A stretch of DNA of 64,000 nt, from NCBI GenBank assembly GCA_964304625.1, contig OZ199838.1, positions 1,527,727-1,591,726 on the forward strand, in the 5' to 3' direction. The notes below the pieces were generated by a model. It had not been told where the DNA came from. It worked only from the letters and a program-made list of their open reading frames with translations, and ran no database searches. Both the position numbers and the translations under genes were made by a program. Below, one piece after another: positions 1 to 13,800 of this stretch. How positions within the stretch are numbered: the stretch's first letter is position 1; every line of letters begins with the position of its first letter. This DNA is from Kudoa neothunni. Taxonomy: Eukaryota > Animalia > Cnidaria.

Positions 1-574
1 TAAATTTATTTAGATTGTAAAAAGTTTATTGATAGATTTATTACTTCAAAAATAAATAGGGTTTTCTACAATATTTTCTTGTTAAAAAAATCTATCTATT
101 GAGCGATTATTATTGATTATTAACACAATTAATTACAATATTCAAATAATATCCATGAAAAAATAATTATTACGAAGTTTTATCATTCCAAAATTAGGAA
201 AAATAGTTCTAATCTAATCTAATCTAAGATAATGATAATTTGGTAAATCAAACTTACCGAAACTTAATTAAAAGTAAAAATAAATATTAATAAAAGCTAA
301 ATATGTGAATATTACACGTGAAGAAGTATTAAAAATATTGAATTGTATATATTATAACGGTTCCATTAAAACTACACATTAGCTAATTAAGGAGGGAGTA
401 TTTAAAAGAGATAACAAGGAAGCCAACATTGAAATCATATTCAGATTTTGAGATCTTCACTTAGAATTTCTAATCATTAATTTAAGTGACTGGTTACAAT
501 GAAGGAATATTACCTTCATGTAAGGAAATATTCCTTAATTTTGAAATAAGTAAATTAACAATAAAATTTCAGAT

Positions 575-900
575 TTATAAAAACAAAAAATAATCAAAAA
601 TAATATTCTTAATAATTATACTTGAACTTAACGATAAAATGATTAAATGTTTAAAATAAATGAAAAAAATTGATTGAAATTTTTTGATCAAAGATAAATA
701 AGGCACCTGAATAATAATCTCGTTTAAAATTTTAAAAGAGGTAATTATTTGATATTCGACAGTTAGCTCCACTTTATTAATAGAACTATATTTTTCTTCT
801 ATAATTTGACGCACGCTTTATACTGTCATTCAATGGGATGCAGGTCTGAATCAATTGAAGAAATGAAGAAGCGCGATTCTACGTACACCCTCATTTATGA
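575..900 (-). mobile_element. Degraded Tc1/mariner-like transposase fragment
   Basis: Minus strand near 820-851 reads SDLHPIE*, resembling the Tc1 SPDLNPIE motif. It is followed by a short helical ORF (575-814). Stops are present. Confidence 0.3.
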
Positions 901-2091
901 GGGAAACTTAATTTCATGCTTGCTTCTTACATGTAGTGTTCTTTGAACATATCATATTATGCATTTTTATTCACCTTAAAATTGTACAACCTAGCAACAC
1001 GTGGAATAACCTTGTTTAAGTTTTGTCCTACTCAAAATAGAGATTATATTTTTTATTATTAAACCTAATTTGATTTAGCACATTTCATTAAAGTTAATTA
1101 ATAAAATTGTACATGAATAATGGAAAAATTGTTGATTTTATTATCCATTTAAAATTAAAATAAATAAAATTAATATACACCAGTTAGTAAATTGACAAAT
1201 CCAATCAATTTTGAGATTATACTTGGAGAAAATTAATAGTTTAGAGTAGATAATGAAACGATCGTACGAACATATGAATAATCTTATCATGATATATTCT
1301 TAATAGGCCATTATAGAAATATAATTTAATGGGACATTATTACTATAGCTGAAGAATATTTCAAGTAGGTTTTTTGTAATAATGTTAGCATAATTAATTA
1401 ATCATCTAAAACAATATCGAGCTCATAAACCTTACCTAATGTATATTAATCATTAACTTATTGACGCTATTTTTTTGATAAAAGCTTTTTATATCGTCTA
1501 AAAAATGACCACACTATTTGTTGTGGAAATATGTGGATATAACAATAGTTAACATTAATCTTAATTTTAACAAAATATACGAGTAATTAATAATCATGAA
1601 AAAAAGTTAAATAAATCATGTGTTTAATGAAAAGAATACTTTACTAAAACGTTTCACGTGCTATAATGATGATCCTTTGTTTAAGCGGAGGACCGGTGGC
1701 AAATCGCTATAATCCAATATAGATAGGAATTAGCATCAAAATATGCAGTAATTAAGATGTTGAAATCGGTAAAAATAGCGTAAAACTTAAGTTGAATCTG
1801 AATTTTACAAAATACACAATAAATATATTGCAAAACGTACAATAATACAGAGGGCGAACACAAACCAACAAAATGAATCATAAAGGTTGTTGGGAGGAAA
1901 ACAGTAAACATCAGATCCACATTTTAATCTCGAGAAAATCAGCCTCATTGAACACAGCCTTATAGATATACTAATAGAATTGATTTTGGGTATTGTAATA
2001 ATAAACAGCAATGGGTGTCAGAATTCACACCAAGCCTACTCTCAGGTAGAATATTTAATTTATTGTTTGAATGAACCAATCGTAGAACTCC

Positions 2092-2819
2092 ATGTGTGAG
2101 AACTTGAAAGCTTTGTTACTGCTAAGTTGTGGGGCGGTTTCATTTACGCTGTTATCGATAGCGTTGTTCAGTCCCACATGGATAAAAGTGGATGTGCCAG
2201 ACAACAAAACTTACATATCTGGTCTATTCTATGGTTGTATAGCTAAAGAGCCTAATATAGGTGAGGCATGCTCTGCGGAGATCTCTCTCCTAGACAATAG
2301 TAACTAGATGGTGTTTTTACTCAGCTTATGCTTATAACAATTAAATTTAGCTATAGCAGTCATAATTGGGGCATTTCTAGTGGTAGTGCTGGTTGGTATG
2401 CTGGCGGATGTTTTTATAATTATAGTTGCCTTTTATCATCGTTCAGGATTGTTATCCTTCTCAATCATATTCCACACATTAGTGGGTAAGTGGTGTTTAT
2501 TGTTGTTCAATTAGGCTGATTTTTATGATTTAAAATAGAGGTGTTGTTTGCCGCGGCCATGGTAATAGTAAGTTGGATAATTTCTATGAAAATCTACCCG
2601 AAAAATTACATAATGATACAATCATTCGTGAGGCTGAGCGACACACCGGAATACGTACTCATGGAGAATATGGCTTACAACGAGGGAATGTTATTCTCGT
2701 GGTTATCATTTGGAACACACATTTTTTTGCTATTATTGAAGATCATCATCTACTACTGCGATCATATGAGCTCGAGATACAAACCACTGTCCAACTCACC
2801 CCCTCCATATAATCCCTGA
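2092..2819 (+). CDS. Claudin/PMP22/EMP-superfamily four-TM protein
   Basis: Exons 2092-2299, 2351-2485 and 2539-2819 join in frame via GT-AG introns. TM1 is followed by W..GLFYGC..C (claudin W-GLW-C-C signature). Four hydrophobic segments; the tail contains PPPY. A likely 5'UTR intron lies at about 2046-2085. Confidence 0.8.
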
Positions 2820-2887
2820 ATTATCTATTGCTCACAATTAAAGAATCAATACACCCATGAAACATAAACATATTTTTAATTTTCAAG

Positions 2888-5507
2888 CTAGGCAGTTTCT
2901 AAAAGTTTCAATTTGACATCTTCCGCTATTTGCTTCTGAGTTTCAAAGTTTTTCAATTCCTGGATCGAATAACTTTGCGCCGAATCAAACGCATTCACTA
3001 GGCTGGTAGCGTAAAGAGGTAGGCCGTAGAAGTCGAGGATTTCAGTGCATTGTTTTAGTATCGCTATCGATTGTCTATCATCGTAGGATACGCTCTAAAT
3101 TAGATACAACAAATAAAAATCATTATTTTCATCCTTTTTTTGCAATTTTTATACATCTATAGTAGTATTTAAATTGTCTACGTTGTAGATTAATGTAAAG
3201 CCGTTAATTCAATTTTATACATATTTATCAATGTTAACTTAAATTTGATAAAAGTTTTTTCCATAAAGATCCATTTAAAAAAAAATTTTTTAATAAAATT
3301 CCCTCGAATTTTCTGTTTATATTTGAAAAATTATTATAGCCTAACCATTATTTAACCTTCATTTTTTCAAGAGAATGAATATTTGCATGATAAATAATAT
3401 TAAGGTGTCATTAGTTTTGACTATGTTTAATTATTTCTCGGCTCTAGGAGAAAACTAATGAAAAAGAAATAATTAAATAGAGCGGGTTTATATAAATTTA
3501 ATCTATAAATAGCTTTTAATTAGGAGTTTTTGATATTGAAATTTCAATTACGCATGCGTACATGATGTTAAAGATTAAATTTATCATGAAAATAGTCTCC
3601 GTGAATTATTTTTGTATTTGGGATTAAAAATGATCTAAAAATAGACAATCACTCTAAATTAAGCTGAGACATTCTTGTTAGTCAAAATTCGTTTGATAAA
3701 AAAAATTTATTTATTTCTTAATACACACATCAAATTATGTATTTTTCTCCAATTCAATTTAAAAATCTATCGGATCAAATTATCAAAGCTGGATAAATAA
3801 TAAATAACGGCGCAGAAAATTAGAATTAATAAATAATAAGACATCAATCAATTACAATTTTTTAACATATAAAAGCTTTTTTAAATTATATCTGCCGATA
3901 ATATTCAGAGATAATATTATTTTGTGGATTTCGTTGTAATGTTGTCGCTAAATACAAACAAGTTTGCCGAAAAAATATTAAGCTGAACCTAGAATCCGCC
4001 AGTATACTGTTATAATATTATTGGAGCAATAAAGAGCACAATTTAGTTAATTTTATTTTACTTTACTTTACTAAGTCTATCAAACATCGAAAATTAATCC
4101 AATGTTATACGCGCACGCAAGGTTGTACTTTAGCCTAAATAACTTTTATTTGAATTAATATACAAAGTTAATTTTCAAATAATAATTTAAAAAATTATTT
4201 CTGACAACCGCTATGCTCATAATGATAATGAAAAATGTGAAATTTGGTCATATTTATATATAGGGATTAGATTTAATAGGCCAATTAAAAAATTCCTTTA
4301 TTTGAAAAAAACGAATAATCGTGAAGTGCTGCCGAGAAGATTAGCAAAGATTATTCTATAAATTAAAGTTGGGTTTTCTCCAACTTTTGCATGTGGCTGT
4401 CATTACAAAATATGTAATTAATTTATAAAACATATATATTTTTAATTCTGGGGCATTCTCGAACCAAAATATTATTCGAATGCTTTTTTTGGTAGCATTT
4501 TAATGTTGTACATCCAAATATAACTAGGAAGCACTTACTTGCCAAAAAATTTCACTTTCGACTTGAGAAAGATCCATACTTTGAATGTTGTGAGAACCAA
4601 ACCAAATGTAACCATTCGCGCCAAAAATCACATTAATCCCACAAGGTAGAAGATGGATTTGAGTTTTTAAACGTTTGATTCGACAGATTTGAACTTTAGT
4701 CATCACTCCAGGAGGTAACTTGTTTCAAAGTGAGGATCATAAACAAATTGGTAAAATAGCAATCACTTTCCCATATCTGATACTACGCGTGTGCAACGAA
4801 AGAGTTCCGTCACTATTAATATGCTGTACCTCGGCCTATAGTTAAATAAAACACCCCGCGTTAAATCCCTCTAACAATACCACAACCAAATCCCCTTTAT
4901 TCATGAACACCTTCATTTGTAGTTCGTCTTCCACATTTTTTCTTCGCTAAATGAATTGCATTCAATAAGCGATATTAATCTTTAAATACATTACCAACTC
5001 TCCTCCAGGTAAATTTATTGAGGACAACAACAACACAGCTTCTCTCCTAGCATTAATATCCAAATACCATCGTCGATTTTCAATCTAAAAATCATGCATC
5101 GACTGTTACTTCAAACAACTATGTGACTCACTCTGGTTATTCTGCCTATCACTACATCACCAATATCACCACTATATCTAGATTGAAATAAAAAAGTTAG
5201 ATTTCGAACTGAACCCTCACTTTGAATTCAGCGGATTAACACAAATCAGTTTGTTCACCCTCTCTTTGATCCCAACTACTGATGACACAATATTACCATC
5301 CTCTGTGTAGGTATGGTGTCCTCTAATTTGTTAACAGTTTAAATGCTGATTTAAAATTCCTCCTGCCGTGTAAATCAACCTCATAAAATTTTCTTCGGTA
5401 GCAATCTCGTCAGACGGCAACATCAATCCTATTATCTCTTTACCCTTGACCTCATCATCGGTTACTAGTGGTTCCCTAGTGGAATAAGAGTATACGTTTT
5501 GTGCCAT
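2888..5507 (-). CDS. EXOSC2: Exosome complex component RRP4
   Basis: The spliced product contains FMRGHHTY, ERVNKLICVNPLNSKYSGDIGDVVIGRI, LSSINLPGGELRRK, LHTRSIRYGKL and VIFGANGYIW. Five ~45-57 nt introns plus one ~1.4 kb intron (3095-4538). The last exon SVSYDDRQSI...LLETA* matches the RRP4 C-terminus. Confidence 0.95.
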
Positions 5508-6499
5508 AGCTATAAAGATGAAAAGTTGATCGCGCTTGCGCATTAGAAAAAATATTATAAACGCCATTTAACATTGACTTTCTTATCAAATAAGCCTTCT
5601 TTAAGAATTATAGCTTCAAAAAAGTTTATGCTAGTGTTTATAATTTTTTCTAATTTATATGTAAATACCTAATTTATTTATTGAGGGTAAAATTAAAAAT
5701 TTTATAATTATAATGGAACGTTTTTTATTTATTTAGGGGGTTGAAATAAATAATTAAATGAAACATTATATAATAAATATTTTACATCAATTAATGTTAT
5801 GATTGGGATTTGTGGAATGTTTGAATAAGTTAATAAATTACTTGATCTAGTATTTTTAAAATTAATTTTATTAATTTATACTTATGTACGCAAATATATC
5901 AAAATTAGTTTTTATCATTTATTAATTAAACTATGTCGAATTTTGTCTAGTTGCCGTTATAAAAATTAAAATTGTATCATTTATTAGTTTCTAAATCATA
6001 TAAAACGTTGATCTTTTTTACGTTTAATATTATTTATTCGAGTAAATCCGAAAATAAAGTTACAAAATTTAAACTTTAATAGATTAGTTTATTATTTAAT
6101 AGTTTTGTACAACTTTAAATTTATGCAATACATTACGAATTAGGTTAGAATTGAATTAATTATACTATCGTTGTAGGTTGTGTGGCAGAGTTGAGAATAT
6201 CTAACAAATGATTGTCATACTAACTATCCAAATGAGTTTAATTATGACAGCATTAATTATTTTAGGCCCCCAACCGAAATAATCTTGGACCAAAAATAAT
6301 TAAATACAGTAGAATCTAGAAAATAAACTATATATGCCAACTATAAATAGGAGTTCCTAAGATAAGTAATGAATAAAACTACTGCTCATTCTCTTAATTT
6401 AGAGAATTTTTAGCGGTTGAATTCAATTTTATCTAAATAAATGTTATATCACAAAAATATTACACCGATAATTCAGCGTATGGCTGATAAGTCATTTGT

Positions 6500-7260
6500 A
6501 ACTTTAAGAAACTTTATCATAAAACCCCTATTGATTAAGTGATCCCGAGTGATCTATTACATACAGTTAGAGCTTATGGAATATCTCCAAAGGAAAATTT
6601 TTCTATTTGAGTTGCATCTGTCTAACTGAAAATATTTGGAGTCAAATGACACCAAACGTTGACTTCAGCATGGTTAAAACAAAGGCTGGAGTGTGACTCA
6701 AAACATTACCTTGAAGGGTGTCAATCTTAGACAGTTTCAGACACTTTAATCACTAAAAGTGTGATCTTATAGAATATTATTTCGATGAGGATAATTATGG
6801 GATTCGAGATAGAGAATGAAAGACTTCGTGGAGCTAGTGGGAATCATTAAGTCAAAATAATAATTAACGAAGAACTGTTACATTTTCGATATAAATGTCA
6901 AAGAACTTGTTTAAGGAAATATGGTCTGAGGAATATGAGGAAAAGGTGAAAGTTCTATCATAAAAGAAGCGAGTGTTAAGTGAAGTCAAATGAAGCTCTC
7001 GTGGATAAATTGAATAAGGATACAGTGTTGATGAATGGAGCAGTTGAAATTTTTAACGATATCGTTATAATTTTTTTTTAAACTCTACAACGAAGGAAAA
7101 AACAACAAAGAGTAAATATTTCCTTTGTCATTGTAAAAATAACAACTAATTCAGAAGGAGATCCAGGTGGAAAGAGGAAAATCCAGATTAGTCCCTCATC
7201 GATAAAAGTAATCCTTGTTCTTTAGTTAATATAGACTCAATGGATCTAATCGAATGACAG
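6500..7260 (-). mobile_element. Probable decayed DNA-transposon coding relic (hAT-like)
   Basis: Coding-like composition with many stops. Near 6820-6850 the minus strand reads LMIPTSSTKS, like the hAT dimerization motif IPxTSxxxER. Confidence 0.25.
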
Positions 7261-7832
7261 CATAGAAAATATTAATAAATGATTATTTTGTTAATATTTA
7301 ATACGCATTCTATTTTATAAATACATTATATATACGTGTTCATATTTTATTATTATTTAAAATAGTAATTTATTTTGTGCGTGTTAACAGATTAAGAAAA
7401 TTTTAATTATTTTTCATTTAAAAAAAAATTATTCAGAATACAAAAACATTTCTAGAATGAGTAATGTTCGAAATTCGAGATTAAACTGTATATATATTAA
7501 AACTATTACATGATATATTAAATAATAATATAAATTCTTCATTTTATGTTTATTAGAAAATAGCTCTAATTGTTATTTTGAATTGTTTCTATAATAATTA
7601 AATTAAATAAAATATCTAAATTTTTAAGTAACATCGAAAAGAGAAAATAATCAATATTCATTCATAAAAGAATTCAATTTATGAATAGTTATTATTTCAA
7701 CGGAACTTCGGAGACCTCAGTTTAAAGAACTGAATAGGAACAAATCAATATCTAATCCATTGTATCAATATATTTAAAGTAGTATATATAACACTTATTC
7801 TTCGTTAATTCGATATACGAAAAATTATAGTT

Positions 7833-10800
7833 ATGACGATAAATCTTAGATTTGTCTCATCAATATTTCTTCTATTTTTAGTTTGTAATTTATGTTTTAA
7901 TTAATAATTTTTATCAGCATCTGTAGTATGTGGAAGGCATGTTCTTGCCATTAATATCGATAATAATATTATGAAATTGAGATATTCAACCCAGCAAAAT
8001 AAATATATTATCTCACTTTCAGGATATGATATTGAAAATAGTTATAAGAAATGTGCACTCCAATATTACGGCCATGAAAATGCACCTATTGACACCATCT
8101 CTATATGCAGTGATATAACTGGTGCTACTATGGACGCAACTTCAAATATGTGCATTTTTGTCTGCAAAAGAGTAGAACTAAAACCTAGCGGCCAAGAATT
8201 GAAAGCCGTTAAATTTTTAAAATGGTGCCAAGTAACAAATAATAATAATAATAATGTCAAAATGTGCGCTAATAAAAAGACTTTCAGGATAAAAGGTATG
8301 TGCTTAAAATGTTGTATTTTTAAATTATTATCTTATAGATCTTTATCTAAAAAGTGTGATTAAGGTCACAAAGCAAGATAATACATTTAATGTCACTGTT
8401 AAAACTAAAGTCAATAGGGGACTAAGTGTTAAAGAGGACTCTATTGTAAAATCAACACATTCGTTAGATGAGGGATTTTATACAGAAAAATCGATTACAC
8501 TTCATACTAAATCGTACAAATCTAATTATTTTGTTGAATTCCTCGATCGGTCATCAGAAATATTATTGAATCCACATAAACCTGATGTGGATTGGTTTAT
8601 AGCAACTGGCTCTAAAAGTAACAACCATTATACAATTATACTTCAAAATCCAAATCCATCTCAGTTATGTTACTTTGGAATAAAAGATATTAATGAAGTT
8701 CATTTTTCTTCTAATTGCTCAGATATGAAAAAAGCTGGGCCATGTTTTCAGCCTTGTTACAGGGCAACATTATTTCACGACTCAGTCTTGAATTATGCTC
8801 AAGTACTTGTGAAACCGCACGGAAAGATAATGTCGAAAGAGTTTATTCAAATAGTGACATGTAAGTTCTAACTAATTCAATTTGTTGTAAAATATTCCAT
8901 AGTTAATGCTGCTAATCAACCAACTGTCACCTCAACTGGAAAGAATGGAGCTACTGTCAATTTAACTAGTTTAAATAAGAATGAAGATGATAGTGGTGTT
9001 GCGACTGGTGCAGAAATAAAAGAAATTAAATTAATTGAAAAATATCATGGAGTTGAAAGCAGTGGAAAAGATCTTACATGTACTGAAAATTGTAAAACAT
9101 TCGAAAAAATTACTATAAGTTCGCTTGAACCACTGACGGAATATATTTTAAAGATAAAAATAACTGGACTTAAAACCGTGGACTCACCAGAAGTCAAATA
9201 TTATCACCGCTATATTTATTTCAAAACTATAGGTAATCAAAAATTTGCAAAAATCTTAATGATTTGAAATAGGTGAGGAATTTACAGGAGTAGGTAGTAA
9301 TCTTATTCCGATTGTTGGGACAGCTGAACCTACTACATTAAGTCTAAATCTTAATAGTTTATTTTCCAGTGGTGGCGATAATGGCAAAACATGTGAACTC
9401 TATTATTCAATTGTGGACAGTGAGACTTCAAAATTTCCTGCTACATGCAAGGACAATGATGTTAAGAAATTTTGCTCCGGCATATGTAGTGAGAACTTTA
9501 AAATTATTAACCTTGATCCAAAAACCAACTACCAAATAACAGTTTGTTCCAAAGGATATACATGTATTAAAACAGCTACTAAAGAGAGTAACTTTTCAAT
9601 GTAATAATATAATAATCAGTTAAATATAGCTGGTGGGGTCGAATTTACATTGGATACTACCAACATTGAAACAGATAAGAAAACTAAAATAACAATGACA
9701 AAATCCGCTGGGGAAAATGGAAGTTTCGGAGAATTTTGGGGCTTCGTTCTACTGGAAGAAACATCTAAGCGAATAATAACAGATTGTTTGAATGGCGAGT
9801 GCAATCCCACCATTAATATTGGATCAGGGACCATTACGTTAGAACTTTCATGGACTAATCTTAATGCTGACGTCAAATATAAGGTTGTTCTTATAAATAA
9901 AGATAAAGCCAAGCCAAAAGAAACCAGCTTTGAATGTATTTATTTTTATTTTGAATAATCTCTTTATTTCTATAGTTGATACCGAAAAAAATTCTCAGGG
10001 TATGATTTTATACTATGGCAAATCAGCAACAGAATATAAGGTCAAATTCAATGATGGACAATTATCGAAAACTGATGTACAGTGCACAATCAAAAAATCA
10101 AATGATGACTTAACTGCTTATGAAGAATTGGGAGGTAACAGTGGGATGCCTCCAAAAAAATGCAATGAACTTTCAACCGAATTTGATATTGAAATTGATA
10201 TTCAAAATAAATTTAAATATATTTCCGTCACTTATCCAGATCCTAAATCTGTAATCGTATTAAACTTAGTAAAATACGCTGTTACCGGAAATTTTTCTTC
10301 ATTGTTGAGACTATTTCGAAGCAATTTCGACGAGAGCAAAAGTACACCCCAAAGATCACCGCCGGAAAATATTCAAATACTACAAAAATTAAATTCACAA
10401 CCAACAACTTTTAATTCTGGAAAAGTTTATTCGTACTATATGGGTATTAAATAAATTAATGTGAAATTTAAGATTTTTTAGATGTGTATGAGGAAATAAC
10501 GCATACAGCTAAATTAGATGGAGACAAAATTAAATTATCTTTAGATAAATGTCCATCGTCTTGTAAAGCGTACAAGGACGGATATGAGGAAACAGGAATA
10601 TCAGAAGCATGTGATGGTGCGTCAAGTACATTTAAAAGTTACTCTATTCCATTCGACGAACTGGTGAAAGATTATTATATAAGTTGTCCAGAATATTTTG
10701 ACTTTCATTATTTTTACGACAATACATTTGTTAAAAACCACGCTTCGGTTTTCAGTAGATTTTATTATGAATTAAACAACAATGATGAAAATAATGCATT

Positions 10801-13800
10801 AACAGTTCGACTGGTTAATGAAGAGCCATTTGAAATGTGCACATTTGAATGGATTGATGCTACAGCGTCATCTTCACATAATTTTTTTTCAAACGTGTGC
10901 GAGAATAAGAACAACTATTTTTATAGTATATGCAGTAGCTATAAATTTGGAAATTTGCCAACAACCGTAAAGGCAGTGAAAATACGTGTCCTAAAACTTG
11001 GAATGAAACCTTCGATTGGTTACCAAAATAATATATACCTACGTAATATTAAAAATATTTAATAAATAAATGTATATATATATATATAATAATTTTTAGT
11101 GGAACAAGGAAGCGATATTTCAGTTACATCATCAGGAACAAAATTTAAGATCAACATTAGTCGTAATAATAAAGGTATAGGTGGTAATGCTGTTTCCAGT
11201 GCATCTGGTGTACAATGCACCCTGAAATTTTGGAATGCATATGCCCCGTTGGTTATGGAAAATGGACGGAAATCTGTAAGTAATACATCACCTTGTGTAT
11301 TTGGAGAAATGGATATAACGTCAATTTCTAATCATTTACCTAACGATATTATGGTATCTATAACAAATATACCAGATTATTCACTCAGAAAATATTTTTA
11401 CCATAAAGCCAGTAATTTATGTATCAATATTCTTTTGTAAATATTTTTAAGACCAAAACAATGAACTTACCTCTGAAAATATACAATTTATTCCTACTGC
11501 TAGTGGATTCACATTAATCAAAATACATTTTCAGCAACAGTCACATGCACTATCTACGTCCGGGAACTCAATAAATTGTTTTACCCTGCTATTTGTTTAG
11601 GAAATAAGCCATGTGTCAAAACATGCAACTCCGGTTTTACTATCATTGATCTTTACTCAGATGCCACCTATGACCTCAAGATCGTTCCTACTGGAGCCTA
11701 TAATATTAAAACTGTTCCAAACATAAAAACAAGTAGAAAACATTAGTTTTTAAATTAATGATAAATAATAGGCGGCACTACAATTCAGTTCGTAGTTTCG
11801 GATAAATCTAAGAAGAATAATCTCATAATACAACCTACATCATCATTTGAGGATGCTTGTAGTACAAACTGCTATTATCAGTTGTATAAACATGGAGCGG
11901 ACCAAGGTAATGATACCGCGTTATTTTTATAAAACACATTTATAGATTCCCCTACAAAAATCGTAATGTCTTGCATCGGTTGCACTGGAAATGAAAACAT
12001 TAAAAAATGCAATGAAATTCAATTTGATGATAAAATATATGATAATAAGTATAACTATACATTGTTGGTATACGCGCACGAAAAATCAAAACCTGTCAAA
12101 CTATCAATACCAGGTAACGTGTTTAGCTGTTTTCATTCTACATATTTTTATAGCTTTTCTCGAAATGGAAAACTTGAACAAAAGTTTATTTCTTCTGTTG
12201 CTAACAATGTTGAGAGGTTTTCCATTAAACTATCGGAATTTCCTCAGGGTAATAAATGTGTCATAAAAATATCGAGTTTTACAACACCCCGTGTATTCAA
12301 AAAACCAACAAGTTGCAAGGAATTAAGTGGAAATGACTGCTTAGTGGACTGTAGTCAAAATGATTTGGAAGTCGGATACATAAATTCAAAAATGGATCGA
12401 TATTTATTAGTTTGTTATGGGAAAAAATGAAGGGGAAGCCAAAGCATGTAAAAAGACCCAAGTTTTTCCATTAATAATGAGTAATCAAAATATATTGTCA
12501 TCCTTTGGATTATTTGATTAAAATATAATTTAAAAATAAGCTTTATTATAAAATTTATTCATCTAAAATAATCCTTTTTGTAGATTTCAATCAAAAAAAC
12601 ACTTATTCAATATCTCATGCTGATGGAAATATTACGTTTTCATATAAAACTAACTCGATTTCAGACTGGAAGGTGGAGTATGATGGAAAACATGACAAAC
12701 GTAGTGATACGTTTAAAAATGAGTTGGCATTAACAACTTATACCGACACTACAGAAACAAAATCTGCTACATTTTTAATTGACAGATCCATGGATTATTA
12801 CAAAATTAGTTCAACGCTATTGTGGCCTGGATTATTCTATTTTTTGAATAATAGTTATTTATATGATAATACACCCCTAAGATCGCAGATAATTTATTCT
12901 ATTTCAAAAGATAATAGCGAGAACAAAATAAAAATAAAAATTCTCTCCTGGTCCATATAACGATGATATTTGTCATATCAAGGTATTTGAAGTCGACAGT
13001 GCTGGTACCGAAATACAAGACAAAATTCTGAATGGATGTAAAGATAGAGAAAAGGAATGCTTCCAACTTTGTCAAGACGGCATTATCCATCTGACAGAAG
13101 TAAAGGACAAAGTTGGCGTTATAGTAAAAAGACGATTTGATGCTGACGGATTCACACAATACTATAAAAGTAAAATCATATTAATTTTGATGAATAATGC
13201 TTTATAGGAGGTGATAGCGATATCGATATCGATGTAAGAGATATTACGAGTATAGGGGTCGCTGTTCATGGACTTAACGTTTACAAAAAAATTAATGGGG
13301 AAAGAGCAGATATTACATGTACTATTAAAGTATATAGAGCAAATCTTTTTTCTACCGAAACCAAAGCCCAATGCAGAAGCAATGGTGAATGCAATACTGA
13401 CTGTGAAGATTCATACTCAATTATTAACTTGGAGGAAGGAACAAATTACATCATTTCTGTATCGATAAATAATCTTGGAATTAATGGATATACAAAGAAA
13501 CTGACATTCCGAACAAGTATCTGTAAATTTTATCGAAATATATTATAATTATGTTTAGCTGGAGGAAAAACAATTGGTGAAGATAGTTCAACTCCCATCA
13601 TAAAGGGTGGCAACGCTACCATAACATCATTTCCAGCAGATGATTCATTGCCATACTGCCGAATTTTTCTCAAAAAAAATGGTACCTCCGATCCAAAGTA
13701 TATGGCTACTTGTGACGAAATTGGGGCATGCGAACAAAAATGCGATAGTAAATTCAAGATTATCAATCTTGTATTAGGAGCAACTTACGAAATGACTGTT

